This document shows, piece by piece, positions 41,473-54,545 of a stretch of 64,000 nt of DNA (its first letter is position 1; each line of letters starts with the position of its first letter). Below the pieces are notes generated by a model that saw only the letters and a program-made list of their open reading frames with translations, did no database searches and was not told where the DNA came from. Position numbers and translations under genes: made by a program. This DNA comes from Octopus vulgaris (lineage: Eukaryota), in NCBI GenBank assembly GCA_951406725.2, contig OX597814.1, positions 196,912,001-196,976,000 on the forward strand. Direction: 5' to 3'.

Positions 41473-41902
41473 GGATCTTTTCGGTTTGAACGGCAATTTT
41501 TTCTAGCGGTGTCATATGAAATTGTCACCCATAATTATGACCCTAGTATCAATCTATTGCATTTCAATCTGTTTTAGGGTTAGGGTTAGAGTTAGGGTTA
41601 GAGGTGGGGGGACGGGTATCTCTTTTTCTTCAGAAATGTAAATAAACCCAATCTTTTTCTTAAACGAGGGACATATTCATACGGCACAGAATTTTTTTTA
41701 CCTCAATAGACTTCAGTGATTGGTTGAAATTGCAGAAATTGAAGAAAAACAACAACAAATATCTTACAAACTATAGAATTTTCTCAATAAAGCCAAGAGA
41801 AAAAGATGTTTTGTAAACACATTCTACCAGTATACGAAGTTTAAAATTTTTTTAGTTACCTAGAAATTATGTTTAAAACTGCTGTTCAAACCGAATAGAT
41901 CC
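41473..41902. mobile_element. non-autonomous TIR DNA transposon containing telomere-like TTAGGG repeats
   Basis: TIR GGATCTTTTCGGTTTGAACGGCAATTTT / AAAACTGCTGTTCAAACCGAATAGATCC; (TTAGRG)5 at 41574-41603; possible ATATTT/ATATTC TSD. Confidence 0.8.
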
Positions 41903-42563
41903 CATATTCCATTGACAGAGGCGGCCAAGCCAAGAATTCACTGTCGTTGCTTTTCTTTATAAAAGTTTTCTCTGTTTATTATTAAATAGTTTTATATATA
42001 ACGACATGAATACAAAGGCCAATACTCTGCGGGATTCGATCTCAGTGTGCAGAGATTCGGAAAGTATACAGCGAGGCATCCAATTATAATGGTTTTATTG
42101 AAACCATATATTGAATAAGATACTTAATAGCATTAATGTCAATGTTACTGTTTCAGAAAACATTCTTGGGGCAAACTTGGTCTCGTCTCTCAACGAAAGA
42201 AACTATACGTATCATTGTAAAAATATATAACAAGATCTTATATATGAGTATGGCACTTCTAGATATAATCGGTCTGTCAAAAGTTACTGTGAACTTAATA
42301 GAAAGCCAATAATATTTACATAAAGTTTTATCCTCAGGTAAGGAATGGGTAAGGTAAAGTTATCTCAAAATGTTATGAAATTTGATTATCGTTTGTTATT
42401 TTTACAGAATAGAATTATCTGGTTTACAGTATATTAAGATAGAAATTTCATTCCAACTATTGTATTTGGAACAATATTAAAACATGCCCACAATAGGCAC
42501 TTAAACTATCATATTTCTGATCAAATTTTAAAATCATACATAAATGTTTGTGTGTATTTGTTT

Positions 42564-42582
42564 GCATACATACATACATACA

Positions 42583-42639
<57 letters not shown>

Positions 42640-42807
42640 ATATATATACATATATACATACATATATACATACATATATACATACATATAAACATTCATA
42701 TATATATACATACATAAATTCATATATATATATATATATACATACATATATATATACATACATATATATATATACATACATACATATGTACATACCTACA
42801 TATATAT

Positions 42808-42839
<32 letters not shown>

Positions 42840-43023
42840 ATACATATATATAAACCTACATACATATATATATACATATACATACATATACATATATATA
42901 TATATATATATATACATACATATACATACATATATACATACATATACATATACATATATATATACATACATATACATATATATATATATATACATACATA
43001 TATGTATATATATATACATACAT

Positions 43024-43058
<35 letters not shown>

Positions 43059-43060
43059 CT
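42564..43060. repeat. degenerate (TA/TACA)n tract
   Basis: Direct reading. Confidence 0.95.
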
Positions 43061-43479
43061 CTTCGTACACGAGTGTATATAGAAAAAAACCCCAGCTAAT
43101 TCATGATGCTTGGACAAATAGTACTTATACGATCAAGTTAATATTGTTATATTCCAAAATAACGTGAATTATGTAACTTCAACAATTGTACACAATTAAA
43201 TATTCAACTTCAATTAATTGAAGCCATGAAGATTGTTTGGTTATATTCAATGCAGGATTGATTAGTTGGCAAAACATAATTTTCATTCAACTATGCCCTC
43301 TCGTAACTAGATATCTAGATTTAATTTTATTTTCGATATCACCGAATGAATGATTTCTCATCTAAAAATAAATCGTAGTAGATATTTTGCTTCAGACTAG
43401 TACGATGTTTGGAATTTAAAGTATAAGTTTTCTTTCTTCCTTCTCTTGTTTTTATACAGTCACGTGATATTTATACACC

Positions 43480-44080
43480 CATGTGATTTCGGGTTCAATT
43501 CTACTGCGTGGCACCTTGGGCAAGTGTCTTCTGCTATAGTCTACTATGGGCCGAGCAATGTCTCGTGAGTGAACTTGCTACACACACACACACACACACA
43601 TAAACACACACATATAGATATATATTCTATCCAACTCTCTTTACCGAACCGCTAAGTTACGGGGACGTAAACACACCAACATCGGTTGTCAAGTGTAAGA
43701 TTACGCTCAGTGACATCTTTTTTGGGTTTACATTTCGATTTCAAATATCGCCGGGGTCGACTTTCATTGCCGAGGTCGATAAAAGAAATACCGTTCGAGG
43801 ACCTGGGTCGATGTAATCGGCTCAGTCTCTACCCCTGAACTTGCTGGCGTTGTGCATAAAGTAGAAAGAAATATAGTAGATACAAGCTGGAAGAATTGTT
43901 AACATGTCAGACCAATTGTTAAGTGACAATTCTTTTGACACTTTACGATTTGAGTTCAAATCTCTTCGAGGTCAACTTTTCTTTTCGTCTCTACAGGAAC
44001 AATAAATTAAAGTTTCAGTCATATATTGTGGTAAATGGCGTCGACTTCTTCCCCTCCTCTCAAAATTGCTAGCCTGCAAA
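43480..44080. mobile_element. cluster of degraded SINE B and A fragments
   Basis: CCTTGGGCAAGTGTCTTC; GGGGTCGACTTTCATT..GGTCGATAAA. Confidence 0.7.
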
Positions 44081-44483
44081 AGCCCGGCGTCCCTTTTAGG
44101 GAAATGGAATATCGGTCAATTACATGTCATGGAAACGTGGTACTCAGCCTTATGAGTTCCATGGCTGTAGAAAAATAAAGAAATAAAATAAAACGCTGCG
44201 TTACCTTAATAAAATCAATCAACGTTATTGTATGCTGTATTAAAACCAAATACGGTGAAGCTATGTGTAATTCCGTTTGTTAGCAGGAAACAAGTATTAT
44301 TAGCTGTTACCTCTAAAACGACTGTTGGAAAAGCTTAGAAGATGATGAAAGTGAATATTTCATACACTGAATAATGTAATAAAGCTGATCTGAGAGTTTA
44401 AAGGTTTTATCACATACAGAGCAATCCTGAAATCGTTTCGCACAGAAATAATTTAAAATGACAGACTTCTCTGCCGTCAGTGA

Positions 44484-44522
44484 CCAATTCACGTCACTTG
44501 CTATGGTTGGCTCCCTATAAAA
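44484..44522 (+). promoter_or_regulatory. candidate Pol II core promoter (CCAAT, CACGTCA, TATAAAA)
   Basis: CCAAT 44484-88, CRE-like CACGTCA 44490-96 and TATAAAA 44516-22 in repeat-free sequence. Confidence 0.25.
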
Positions 44523-45597
44523 TATAGATACAGCCTAATCGAAACACTATGTTAATGGACGCTTGTTCATGTGTCATAAATCTCAACTACCACCTGTTAT
44601 TATATCTGATATCTTTTTTTATGTCTGTATTTACTTACGGAGATTATGTCTCCATGAAATTTCATTATGATTTCATTGAACGTTGATCTAGTTCTGGCTG
44701 TTGTTTCTTTCTTTTTTTCATCTTAAGCCGCGGTTTTAACATTACACAGTTGCAGCAGTGAATTATTTTCTTCGCATAGAACTTGTCATTCGAAACCTGA
44801 CAGCTTGAAGCCGAACTGTTTAAAGGGAAATAGCTTTTTATTTCTTATTACATCTTGTCAGTAAAAATTTAAATCACTTATCTAACGACTGACCAAGATT
44901 GCGATTTCAAATAGAAGTGCAGCCAAAAGATGGTATTCACACAGGAAGATTTCGTAGTCTAGTAGACACAGAATCAGGTCGAAGTGTTTCAGATAGAAAA
45001 TTCGGTAACCAACGTCGAATGGAGATAGAATAAAAGAATACTTTAGCTTCGTTTATGATGTGTGACATTTCAAAACAAGAAACAGATTTCCTTGGCTGAA
45101 GTTTCTTGTAGCAAGGGAAGAAAAAAATCTATGAAAAATTATAAATAAATTGTTGGTGCGTTCATCGTGACTTCTTTCATTGCTATACGGCACTATAGAA
45201 TGCTTTTATCATTTATCTAATACTTGTTTCTATCACTGGACTGCGGCCGTGCTGGAGCACCGTTTAAAAGGATTTCATCGAACAAATCGAACCCAGTACT
45301 TACGTATATGTTTCAAAGGCCGATATTGATTTTTATCGTTTTATCTACCTTTTTCCTGAACTGCTAGCTCTTGTGAAGAGGGCGGGGAGTAACTAACAAA
45401 TACACACACACATACATACACACATAAATGCACACACAACAGGCTTTCACACAGTCACACAAAGCATTGGTCAGCCTGGCGGAGGGGGTGGTATAGTGGC
45501 TGGCACTCGCCTAAGGTGACGCGCAGTGTGACTGCACTCGAAACCACGCAGTTACAAAGCGAGCTTCTTAACTATACAGCCTTGCCTGAACTGTCCT

Positions 45598-45641
<44 letters not shown>

Positions 45642-45647
45642 TACAGA

Positions 45648-45910
45648 CCACTCTGTCGGTTACGACAACGAGGGTCCCAGCTGATGCGAGAGACGGAACG
45701 GCTTGCTCGTGAAGTTAACGCGCAAGTGGCTGAGCACTCCACACACACGTGTACCCTTCTAAAGGAGATTCAGCATGACACAGAATATGACAAGGCTGGC
45801 CCTTTGAAATACAGGTACTACTCATTTTTATGAGCTGAGTGGACTGGAGCAACGTGAAATAAAGTGTCTTGCATAAGGACACAACGCGTCGCCGGGAATT
45901 GAACTTGAGT
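45648..45910 (-). mobile_element. SINE sharing the family-C type-1 tail (CCGACRGAGTG) with a different middle
   Basis: 45648-45820 aligns with 9061-9240; the upstream part has CCTTATGCAAGACACTTTATTTCACG. Confidence 0.75.
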
Positions 45911-47210
45911 CGCAAGAATCAGGGTTGGCAGGATACCGCTAGAAATAGAGGAAGCATGGTTAGTAGCAGCCATAACTTATGAAACGGAATAAATCAAAAT
46001 ATTGAATGTCGCAAGAACTAGGAAGCTGAATTGATGATGTTATGGAATGGAAATGGTGGTCCAAGCCAGTCAAGAAGAATTAAATGTGATAACGGAAGAA
46101 ATACTGTTGCCGGAAGATAAGAAATTAAGAGTGGTATTGGAAGGTCGTCCACCCACCTGCTACCACTGCGATGTGAAGGGGTACATGAAAGAAATGTGCC
46201 CCGAGCTAAATAATGAAACAAGTGAAAACCACTGTGAGCCAGAGGGAAGTACCGAGACAGCTGCTCCAATCATGGAAGGAAATTCGGAAGACACATACGA
46301 AAAAGGATTCATTGAAATTCAAAAAAAAAAAGGATGTAACTGCAGGGTCACCCTTGAAAACTACTAAAAAGAAAAAGAGAAACATTAACAGTGAAGACGA
46401 CACACAAATATTCAACAGACTAGACATACTCACAAGGCATACACCACAAAGAAAAATACCCCAAAATAGTGATACCACCCCGGTTAACTCTAGAACCTCA
46501 TTTAGTAATACAGACCTAAATGCAAACAGACAAAACACACAGACATACAAAAATCCCCCCCCCCCAAAAAAAAAAAACACAAGGCTTACATGATGACATA
46601 CGCCAAAAGAACAGGAATCGAATGCGTAGACTGGACCCGGTCTACGTAGACTGGACCCGGTTGCGCACACGCGCAGACGCGCGTCCGCGCTAGCCAGACG
46701 TAGGCAGTCGATCCTACGAGCTGACTGGCGCATGCACGATATATACGATATATACTTGTATCGATATATACGATATATACTTGTATACGATATATACTTG
46801 TATATATACGATATATACTTGTATCGCACGTCCCCGATTGGTGTGCGCAAACCGGGTCCAGTCTACGCTACTAGTACCTGCATGATTACCAAGATTAAGT
46901 CGGTTATCAGAATGAGATTGCTGACTGAGGCAAAACCGGAATACACCTAATGCATATTCATTGACAGAGAAATATACACAAAATTGAAACAAACATTTGG
47001 TTCACTAATTGACGCGCTAGGAGAGGAGGTACAATACGAAAGGATTCAGTGTTGGAATGTGGTCTGGGGGGGGTCGGCCACGTGGCTCATTTCATAATTA
47101 TATTTTTCATTCATTTTCGTTTTTCATCCGAATTTATACTTATTTATCATCGATTATATTCCATTCGTTCCCCGATCCTTTGTCTGTCCTTGTATCCTCA
47201 CTATATTTTG
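45908..47210 (+). pseudogene. degraded LINE ORF1-like (gag-type zinc knuckle) element, interrupted at 46624-46875
   Basis: RIRVGRIPLEIEEAWL..KLRVVLEGRPPTCYHCDVKGYMKEMCP (CX2CX4[H>Y]X4C) with in-frame stops; no RT found. Confidence 0.7.
46624..46875. mobile_element. CpG-rich small TIR element with internal minisatellite
   Basis: CGTAGACTGGACCCGGTT-GCGCACAC / GTGTGCGCAAACCGGGTCCAGTCTACG; internal (ATATATACTTGTAT)x4. Confidence 0.8.
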
Positions 47211-47234
47211 ACTGTATGGTTAATTTCACGAGAT

Positions 47235-47400
47235 GACTTGTCTGTCTTTACGTTCTGAGTTCAAATTCCGTCGAGGTCGATTTTGCCATTCATCTTTTCG
47301 GGGTCAATAAATTATGTACCAATTGCATACTGGATCGATCTAATAGACTGGCTCCCTCCTCCAAAAATTCGGGTCTTGTGCCTAGAGTAGAAATGAATTG
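47235..47400 (+). mobile_element. SINE family A
   Basis: TACGTTCTGAGTTCAAATTCCGTCGAGGTCGA..CTTGTGCCTAGAGTAGAAA. Confidence 0.85.
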
Positions 47401-47684
47401 CACGAGCTGGCTATTCCGTTAATCAGATCAACTGAAATCCCCATCGTAACAACCGACGGAGTACCAGTTTTGTTTTAAATATATGTCATGGTAGTTGGGA
47501 AGTGACTGAATATAGAAGTCTAACATGTAAGAGTATATCACTAATAAATGGAAATATAATGAAATATAACGTTCAGTTTACTAACAGACAGTTTGATAAC
47601 CACTCTATGATAAAACGCCCACAGAAGATTAATCCAGGAGCTAATAATAGAACTTATTTTGACAGAAACATTGACTAGTTATTA

Positions 47685-47994
47685 TAGGGTGGTCTTGAAG
47701 TCTTGTCACCCCTTACCGAAAAGTAATAAGAACAGTGGAGGAACAATATAATAATATCAAACGCATGTAACTGGTTCGAGAATGTTTGTATGAACGCCAT
47801 CATTTTCGTTGTACAAAATGATGTGGCGTCATGTCCTGTGTGACATTTTACGAAGCTTTGCTTTGGTGATTGTTGGAAAAGCTGCGTCCTTCACTTATTG
47901 GGGATTCTGGTATCGCTCTTGTGAAACATTCTCCTTGATAATAGAAAATTAAAACAATATTTACAGGTGGTGACAAGACTTTCAGACCACCCTG
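47685..47994. mobile_element. Tc1/mariner-type MITE
   Basis: TA-[T]AGGGTGGTCTTGAAGTCTTGTCACC .. GGTGACAAGACTTTCAGACCACCCTG-TA; TA TSD. Confidence 0.85.
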
Positions 47995-48589
47995 TATTTA
48001 TAAACACGGATAATTTTCCTTATTAAAACAGCTTCTGTTGTTGTTGTGTTTAAATTGATAGCATAATATTATTACTGTATAAACAGGGTGATGTGTAAGA
48101 TTTCTATAACCCTGAAATACTCTGATTCATTTCCTACAAGTTTAATAGGATTTGGCAATTACACTGCATATCTTTATTGCATATGCTACACGCAGTGATC
48201 AATCCAATCCTGTCGCCTCATTCAATATATTCCTGGCACTGAATGATTAAAATATCTGAAGATATAATCTCACAAAATATTCACCACGGAATCGGAATTT
48301 TAAATAGTTAGTCCGGTGTAGAGGGCTAGTGACCAAAATATTAATATTTCTAGATTGATGAAAATATAATAGCTAATCTGGATATCCGAAGGCTAATATA
48401 AAATTAAATAAATGAAGAAATAAATAAATAAATAAATAAATGAGCAAAAAACATGGCTGGGGATGAAATCGGGTGTGAAACCTTTCGACAGAATGAGAAC
48501 TGCGAAAATCTCCCACCAGCCAGATGGTGATGTGCGTAAATCTGCTGACTGGTATTTAAATATTCTTTTGAATTTCTTTAGAACTCAAG

Positions 48590-49130
48590 CGGTTATGACG
48601 GGAGGGGGCTAGTAGACTACACCGACTCTAATGCTTGACTGATACATTATTTTATCGACCCTGAACGGATGAAACACAATGATGACCTCGGTGGAATTTG
48701 ACCTTAGAACGTAAATCGCCGGAAGAAATGTAGCTAAACAGTTGTCAGACCAGTAAAATATAAATATATCCTTTCTACTCTACTCTAGGCACAAGGCCCG
48801 AAATTTTGGGTGTGAGGGCCAGTCAATCAGATCGACCCCAGTACGCAACTGGTACTTAATTTATCGACCACGGAAGGATGAAAACCAAAGTCGACCTCGG
48901 CGGAATTTGAACTCAGAACGTAAAGACGCTAAGCATTTCACCCAGTATGCGATAAATATGTATTTCTTTACTGCCCACAAGGGCAGTTCAAATTCCGCCG
49001 AGATTGACTTAGCCTTTCATCCTTTCTGGATCGATAAAGTACCAGTTGTGTACTGGATCGATCTAATCGACTACCCCCCCTCCAAAAAAAAAAAAAAAAT
49101 CGAGCCTTGTGGCTAGAGTAGAAAAGAAGA
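48590..49130. mobile_element. SINE family A copies including an inverted pair (48770-48975 -, 48985-49130 +)
   Basis: CCTCGGCGGAATTTGAACT versus AGTTCAAATTCCGCCGAG. Confidence 0.85.
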
Positions 49131-49859
49131 GTCAATACCAGAAAATAGAATCCGCAACCTTAGCTCATGTCACACCACTTTGTCTTTGATTGCAAGGATA
49201 CTTTTAGGGAGCAGCTTAAAATTTCCCAGGAATTTTTATCATTTAAATCTATAAGTTTGTTTAGCAAATTCATTAATGTTTATTTACGTGCTGAGTCGAT
49301 TTACTTTTGATCCCGGCCTCGTCCTCGTAGATAAATAAGTATCCAATGTTTATCTTTATCAATATAATCGATTATACACCTTTCTTAACATTTCTGACAG
49401 TATGCCAATGTCAGAAATCAAGAAGATGGTGACGCTCTCGTCGTATTCGTTAATATCATCATCATCCTCATCGACATAACCATCTTCAATATTATCTTAA
49501 GTATCTTTTGCCCTATCATCCTTGTTCTTTTCTCTCATCATCCTCATCGTAACCATCAACCGCCATTTTTAATTCCTCCCCTCGTTTCTCCACCTTCTCG
49601 TTACTATAATTTAAGTAGCGATCTAGCAGAATCATTACAGCGTGAGTAAAAAAAAGCTTTGAATGATTCGTTCCGGCTCCTTAGATTCCGAGTTCAAATC
49701 CAGATGATGTTAAGTATGCTTTCAACATTTGAATCTATTAACTATGATACCAGACATATACTGGGGTAGGTGTGTTAGAATAATAGATTCTCCTCAAAGT
49801 TGTTGATCTATCCAATTTCCACAAAGTTTCAGGTCTTGAGCCGATGCTAAAATGAATTA

Positions 49860-49950
49860 CGGTTATCCCTCAATTATCGCGGGTGTTACGTACCAACCCC
49901 ACCCCCGCAATAGAGGAAAATCTGCGAAGAAGAAACAGTACTGTACCGTA
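49860..49950 (+). mobile_element. Tigger/pogo-like terminal fragment
   Basis: TA-CGGTTATCCCTCAATTATCGCGGGTGTTACG..CCCCCGCAATAG..GAAAATCTGCGA resembles Tigger-type TIR ends. Confidence 0.5.
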
Positions 49951-49979
49951 TATTTTTTTAAAATTATTTATATGATTTA

Positions 49980-50372
49980 TTCTTTTATTCTGTTATTTAC
50001 TTCAGTCATTTGACTGCGGCCATTCTGGAGCACCGCTTTTAGTCGAGCAAATCGACCCTAGGACTTACTCTTTGTAAGCCTAGTACTTATCCTATCGGTT
50101 TCTTTTGCCGAACCGTTAGATTTACGGGAATGTTAACACACCAACATCGGTTGTCAAGTGGAGACACGCACACACACACACACATATATATATATAACGG
50201 ATTAAGTCGATTATATCGACCCCAGTGCGTAACTGGTACTTATTTAATCGACCCCGAAAGGATGAAATGCAAAGTCGACCTCGGCGGAATTTGAACTCAG
50301 AACATAAAGATAGACGAAACACCGGTAAGCATTTCGCTCGGCGTGCTAATGTTTTCTGCCAGGTCGCCGCCT
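49980..50372 (-). mobile_element. SINE B 3' half plus SINE A
   Basis: Family motifs as above. Confidence 0.85.
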
Positions 50373-51035
50373 TTGAATTGCATATATTATATACAAACGT
50401 TATTTGTTAACTCTGCAAATTCCACCGAACGACGATACAAAAGCCATTGATATTCATTAGATGTTTGAGTCTTATAAATATCATATTGTATCTGTTTATC
50501 TGTATTTCACTGTCAATATGTATTTCCGTGCGTATTCAAGCTAGTGTGCATGAAAATTTTTTGTGTGCATGCATGTGTGTGTCTATTGTACTTGTGTTCT
50601 ACTGTTTGTGCGTTTGTGTACGTGGAGGGACTGCTGCGATTATTCTAGTTCTGCTATGATGTTCTTTGAAACAGCGTATCTTTCCGGAGAGAATCTGTTT
50701 GTCTGTTAAACGTGTTTATAAAGTGTGTTATTGATATTTTCGATTCCAATATATACATTTTGCAAAGATCAAGTGGCAACAGAAGTTAGCAAGTATTTTC
50801 TTTCAAATCGATTAAACTTCTTGATGCCTTGTTTTCGTATTATTTTTCAGGAAAGTTCAAATACATTCGTTTTGCTCTAAATCTCCCCCAAATAGCTGCA
50901 GCGGCTGCTTGCATATAGACTTGTAGATGTGTGTATGTCCAACTGTGAGTATGAGTATAGATATAAGTATGTATATATAAATATATGTGTGTGTATATAT
51001 ATATATATATACACATGTGTATATATATAAGTATG

Positions 51036-51078
<43 letters not shown>

Positions 51079-51704
51079 CAGATATATATATTTATATGTA
51101 CAGATATATATATTTATATGTACATATATATATATATATACATTTATATACATGCATTTATATATACATATTTATATATGCATATATATATATACATATA
51201 CACACATATTTATATATACATATATATAAACATATATATACATACACTTATATATACATTTACATATATATATATATATATATATATATAAAGAGAGAGA
51301 GAGGGGTGTATTTCATCTTTTACTTGTTCTAGTCATTAAACTACGGCCATGCTAGGGCACCGCCATGAGACATTTTTAGGATAATGAATCGACTCCATTA
51401 TCTTTTTTTTTTTTTCTGTTAAGCCTGGTGTTTATTTTATGGCCCTCTTTCGCTGAAATCCAAATTACGGGGACGTAATTTTTATCGAATGAATCGACCC
51501 CTGTCCTGGTACTTATTCTGCCGATCACATTTTACAAACCAGTAAACACACCAGTACAACAATTATACTTATATGTATATATACATAATACATATATGTA
51601 TAGATATTGAGAGAGAGTGGGGGGGCTTCACGTAGAGGAGATTGTGTAGAAAGTATGTGGTTAAATTTCACTTTCTGCACATTAAGAGAGAAAACAGCCA
51701 TCTT

Positions 51705-52312
51705 TTCTTTTCTATTTCCAAGACCCGAAATTTTGGGGGACGGGGCCAGTCGATTACATCGACCCACTACGCAGCCGGTACGTAATTTATCGACTCCCGA
51801 GAAGATGAAAGGCAAAGTCGACCTCGGCTCAATTTGAACTCAGAACGTAAATACAGACGAAATAACGCTGAGCATTTCGCCAGGCGTGCTAACGTTTCTA
51901 TTTCTTTATTGCCCACAATGGGCTAAATATAGAGAGGACAAACAAGAGCAGACAAGCGGATTAAGTTGATTATATCGACTCCAGTGCGTAAATGGTACTT
52001 ATATAATCGACCCCGAAAGGATAAAAGGCAAAGGCGACCTCGGGGGAATTTGAACTCAGAACGTAACGGCAGACGAAATACCTATTTCTTTACTAACCAC
52101 AAAGGGTTAAACACAGAGGGGACAAACAAGGAGAGACAAACGGATTAAGTCGATTATATCGACCCCAGAGCGCAACTGGTACTTAATTTAATCGACCCCG
52201 AAAGGATGAAAGGCAAAGTCTACCTCGGCGGAATTTGAACTCAGAACATAAATGCAGACGAAATAACGCTAAGCACTTCGCCCGGCGTGCTAACATTTCT
52301 GCCAGCTCGCCT
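51705..52312 (-). mobile_element. trimeric SINE family A (one head, three body repeats)
   Basis: GACCTCGG..ATTTGAACTCAGAAC recurs at ~51820, 52036 and 52222, linked by TATTTCTTTA..CCACAA..AAAC segments. Confidence 0.85.
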
Positions 52313-53183
52313 CTAAAGGAATGGATAGTATTACAAATAATATTAGTAAACGATTGATCGAAAGTTTGCTAACTTCATGATGCTAGCTCAGAATGAAACC
52401 AAAGCAATATATATATATATCTTCATCTTCGAAACGTAGAGTAGATGAAACCATGGCGACTGAAGAAGGGTTTTTTTCTTTGTTTTATTTGACCTGTACT
52501 CTATTTTTTTGTTGTTTAAAAAAATGTCCAGTTCCTTGGGTTTGTGTCTATGTTTTCGTTTCTCATTGTGTTCGACGTTTTTCTGGTGTACTGTACTCAT
52601 ATATGCGTGTATATATACAAGTAGAGGTAGGTTCGTACATATATGTATATATATATGCATATGTTTTATTTATTATTATATATATATATATATACACATA
52701 TCTTCAATATTACTAGATTTCATATACAGAAGTGCAACAAGTATTGAGTGGTGCGAAGATATTTATGGATTCAGCTTAATATCAGGATTGGTTGGCGATT
52801 AACTGATCTGAAAGAGAGGAAGAGAAACAATGAGCGAGGTGTAGTGTGAGGTTGTTGTCGAAATAGGAGGTGTGAAAATGAAACAGATGGAAAGATGTAA
52901 ATGTAAGTAGAAAATGGTGGATAGAAGTAGGTGCAAACAGGAAGATAGATGTTGATTAAGATTGATAGTATTGCGGGAAAGGAAGACGTTATGGGAAAAG
53001 TGAGAGGTGGACGTTATGAGAGGAGAGAAGTGAGAGGTAGAGGAATATAGAGGGAGGAGGAATATCTGATGAGAGACTAGAGATAATGAAATATTGAGGC
53101 GAGTTGACATTTATCTTTCACAGACTCTTCGTTACTCTCCCTCATCAAACGTAATCATTCACAGGAATATACCTATATACAGA

Positions 53184-53244
<61 letters not shown>

Positions 53245-53532
53245 GTCTGTCTATATCTTTCTAACTCCTTCCATCACCCCCGCCAACGCACACAGATTTG
53301 TGTATCATATGCGTCCGTGTATGTAGATATGGTGTTCTCTGTTCAGTTGTATGAAATTTGAGATAGCGGTTTAAAAATAGATATGTAGACACCAGCGATT
53401 TGTGACTAAATACGCTCATCACCGAACGGATATGTATTTATATGAGTGTGTATGTATAGTTTTATCTACCTATTTATGTGTATCTACCTATCTGTATGTA
53501 TGTATATATTTATATGTATGTATGTATACAGA

Positions 53533-53633
<101 letters not shown>

Positions 53634-53782
53634 TGTAGGAGTGGGCTGTATGGTAAGAAGCTGTCTTCCCAACCTCATGGTTCCGGGTTCAGTCCTACTG
53701 CGTGACATCTTGAGCAAGTGTCTTCCGCTGTATGTATATATTCACACACATGCATATATGCATACATATATATGCATACATA

Positions 53783-54545
53783 ACTTAGATATGCTTCGAC
53801 CATCGATTTGTCCAGGCCCTATCTAACTTAATAGCACCACCTGATAGGATTAGCTAAATCCTTTTTAAGTGAAGTTTTGTGGTATCTTGATCCATTCGAG
53901 TAAGGAGTTCTTGTTGAGTTTTATCCAGGTATAGCTGGCTTATCTATTACTAACAGTATCACCCGGTGTTGCTCGGGTTTGCTTCGACCCTTTAGAATTG
54001 GAATTTTTTAAAAGGAAACATTTTGCAATATGTAGGTTGTTTTTCTCTTTAAGTGAACATTTTTCTGGTTGAAATACACTGAAAAATGGCGACACAGCAG
54101 TCATAAAATCTTAAAAAATAGGGATTTTCATAGAAAAAAAAGCACCTTTTTGATGTAAGTAATTTTTAGTGTTAACGTGGTCCGATTTGAATTTTATCTT
54201 CTACGGAAGGAAGAGCAAGCCTTTCTCTATTATACTTTCAATTTTGATCAACTTGCACCGCAGGGTCTCGGAGGAGATAGTGTTATTTGAAGGTTACCAT
54301 ACCTGCCATACAAAGACAACTTCAGCTTTATATATATATAGATTCCTTGAAGAAATGTGTCCAGATTCCGTTTAAAGGTGATGGGATCCTTTTCCACTTT
54401 GACCTGTTTTGGAACAATGTTAAATAGGGCAGGACCTCTTGAGGAAAGGAAATTGTGTTGCAGTGTATTTAAGTGTTGTGATCCTGAATTGGGTAGGGGA
54501 CGTATGATCCGTGATCCTAGCCGAAGTCCTCTAGTATAACGCATT
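53783..54545 (-). pseudogene. CR1/L2-group LINE ORF2 C-terminus + 3'UTR, split by a Helitron
   Basis: ..HNFLSSRGPALFNIVPKQVKVEKDPITFKRNLDTFLQG (54545-54343) continues in frame as IIDKPAIPG..NKNSLLEW (53949 downward). Confidence 0.8.
53950..54342 (-). mobile_element. non-autonomous Helitron
   Basis: 5' TC-TATATATA, 3' hairpin CCCGAGCAACACCGGG then CTGTTAG; inserted between A and T with no TSD. Confidence 0.85.

Noticed and set aside
41574-41603. True telomere or chromosome-fusion scar
   Set aside because: Only five degenerate units, enclosed in transposon TIRs.
52700-53110. Possible Penelope ORF N-terminal remnant on the minus strand
   Set aside because: Low-complexity pyrimidine-rich sequence; the resemblance is too vague to call without a profile search.
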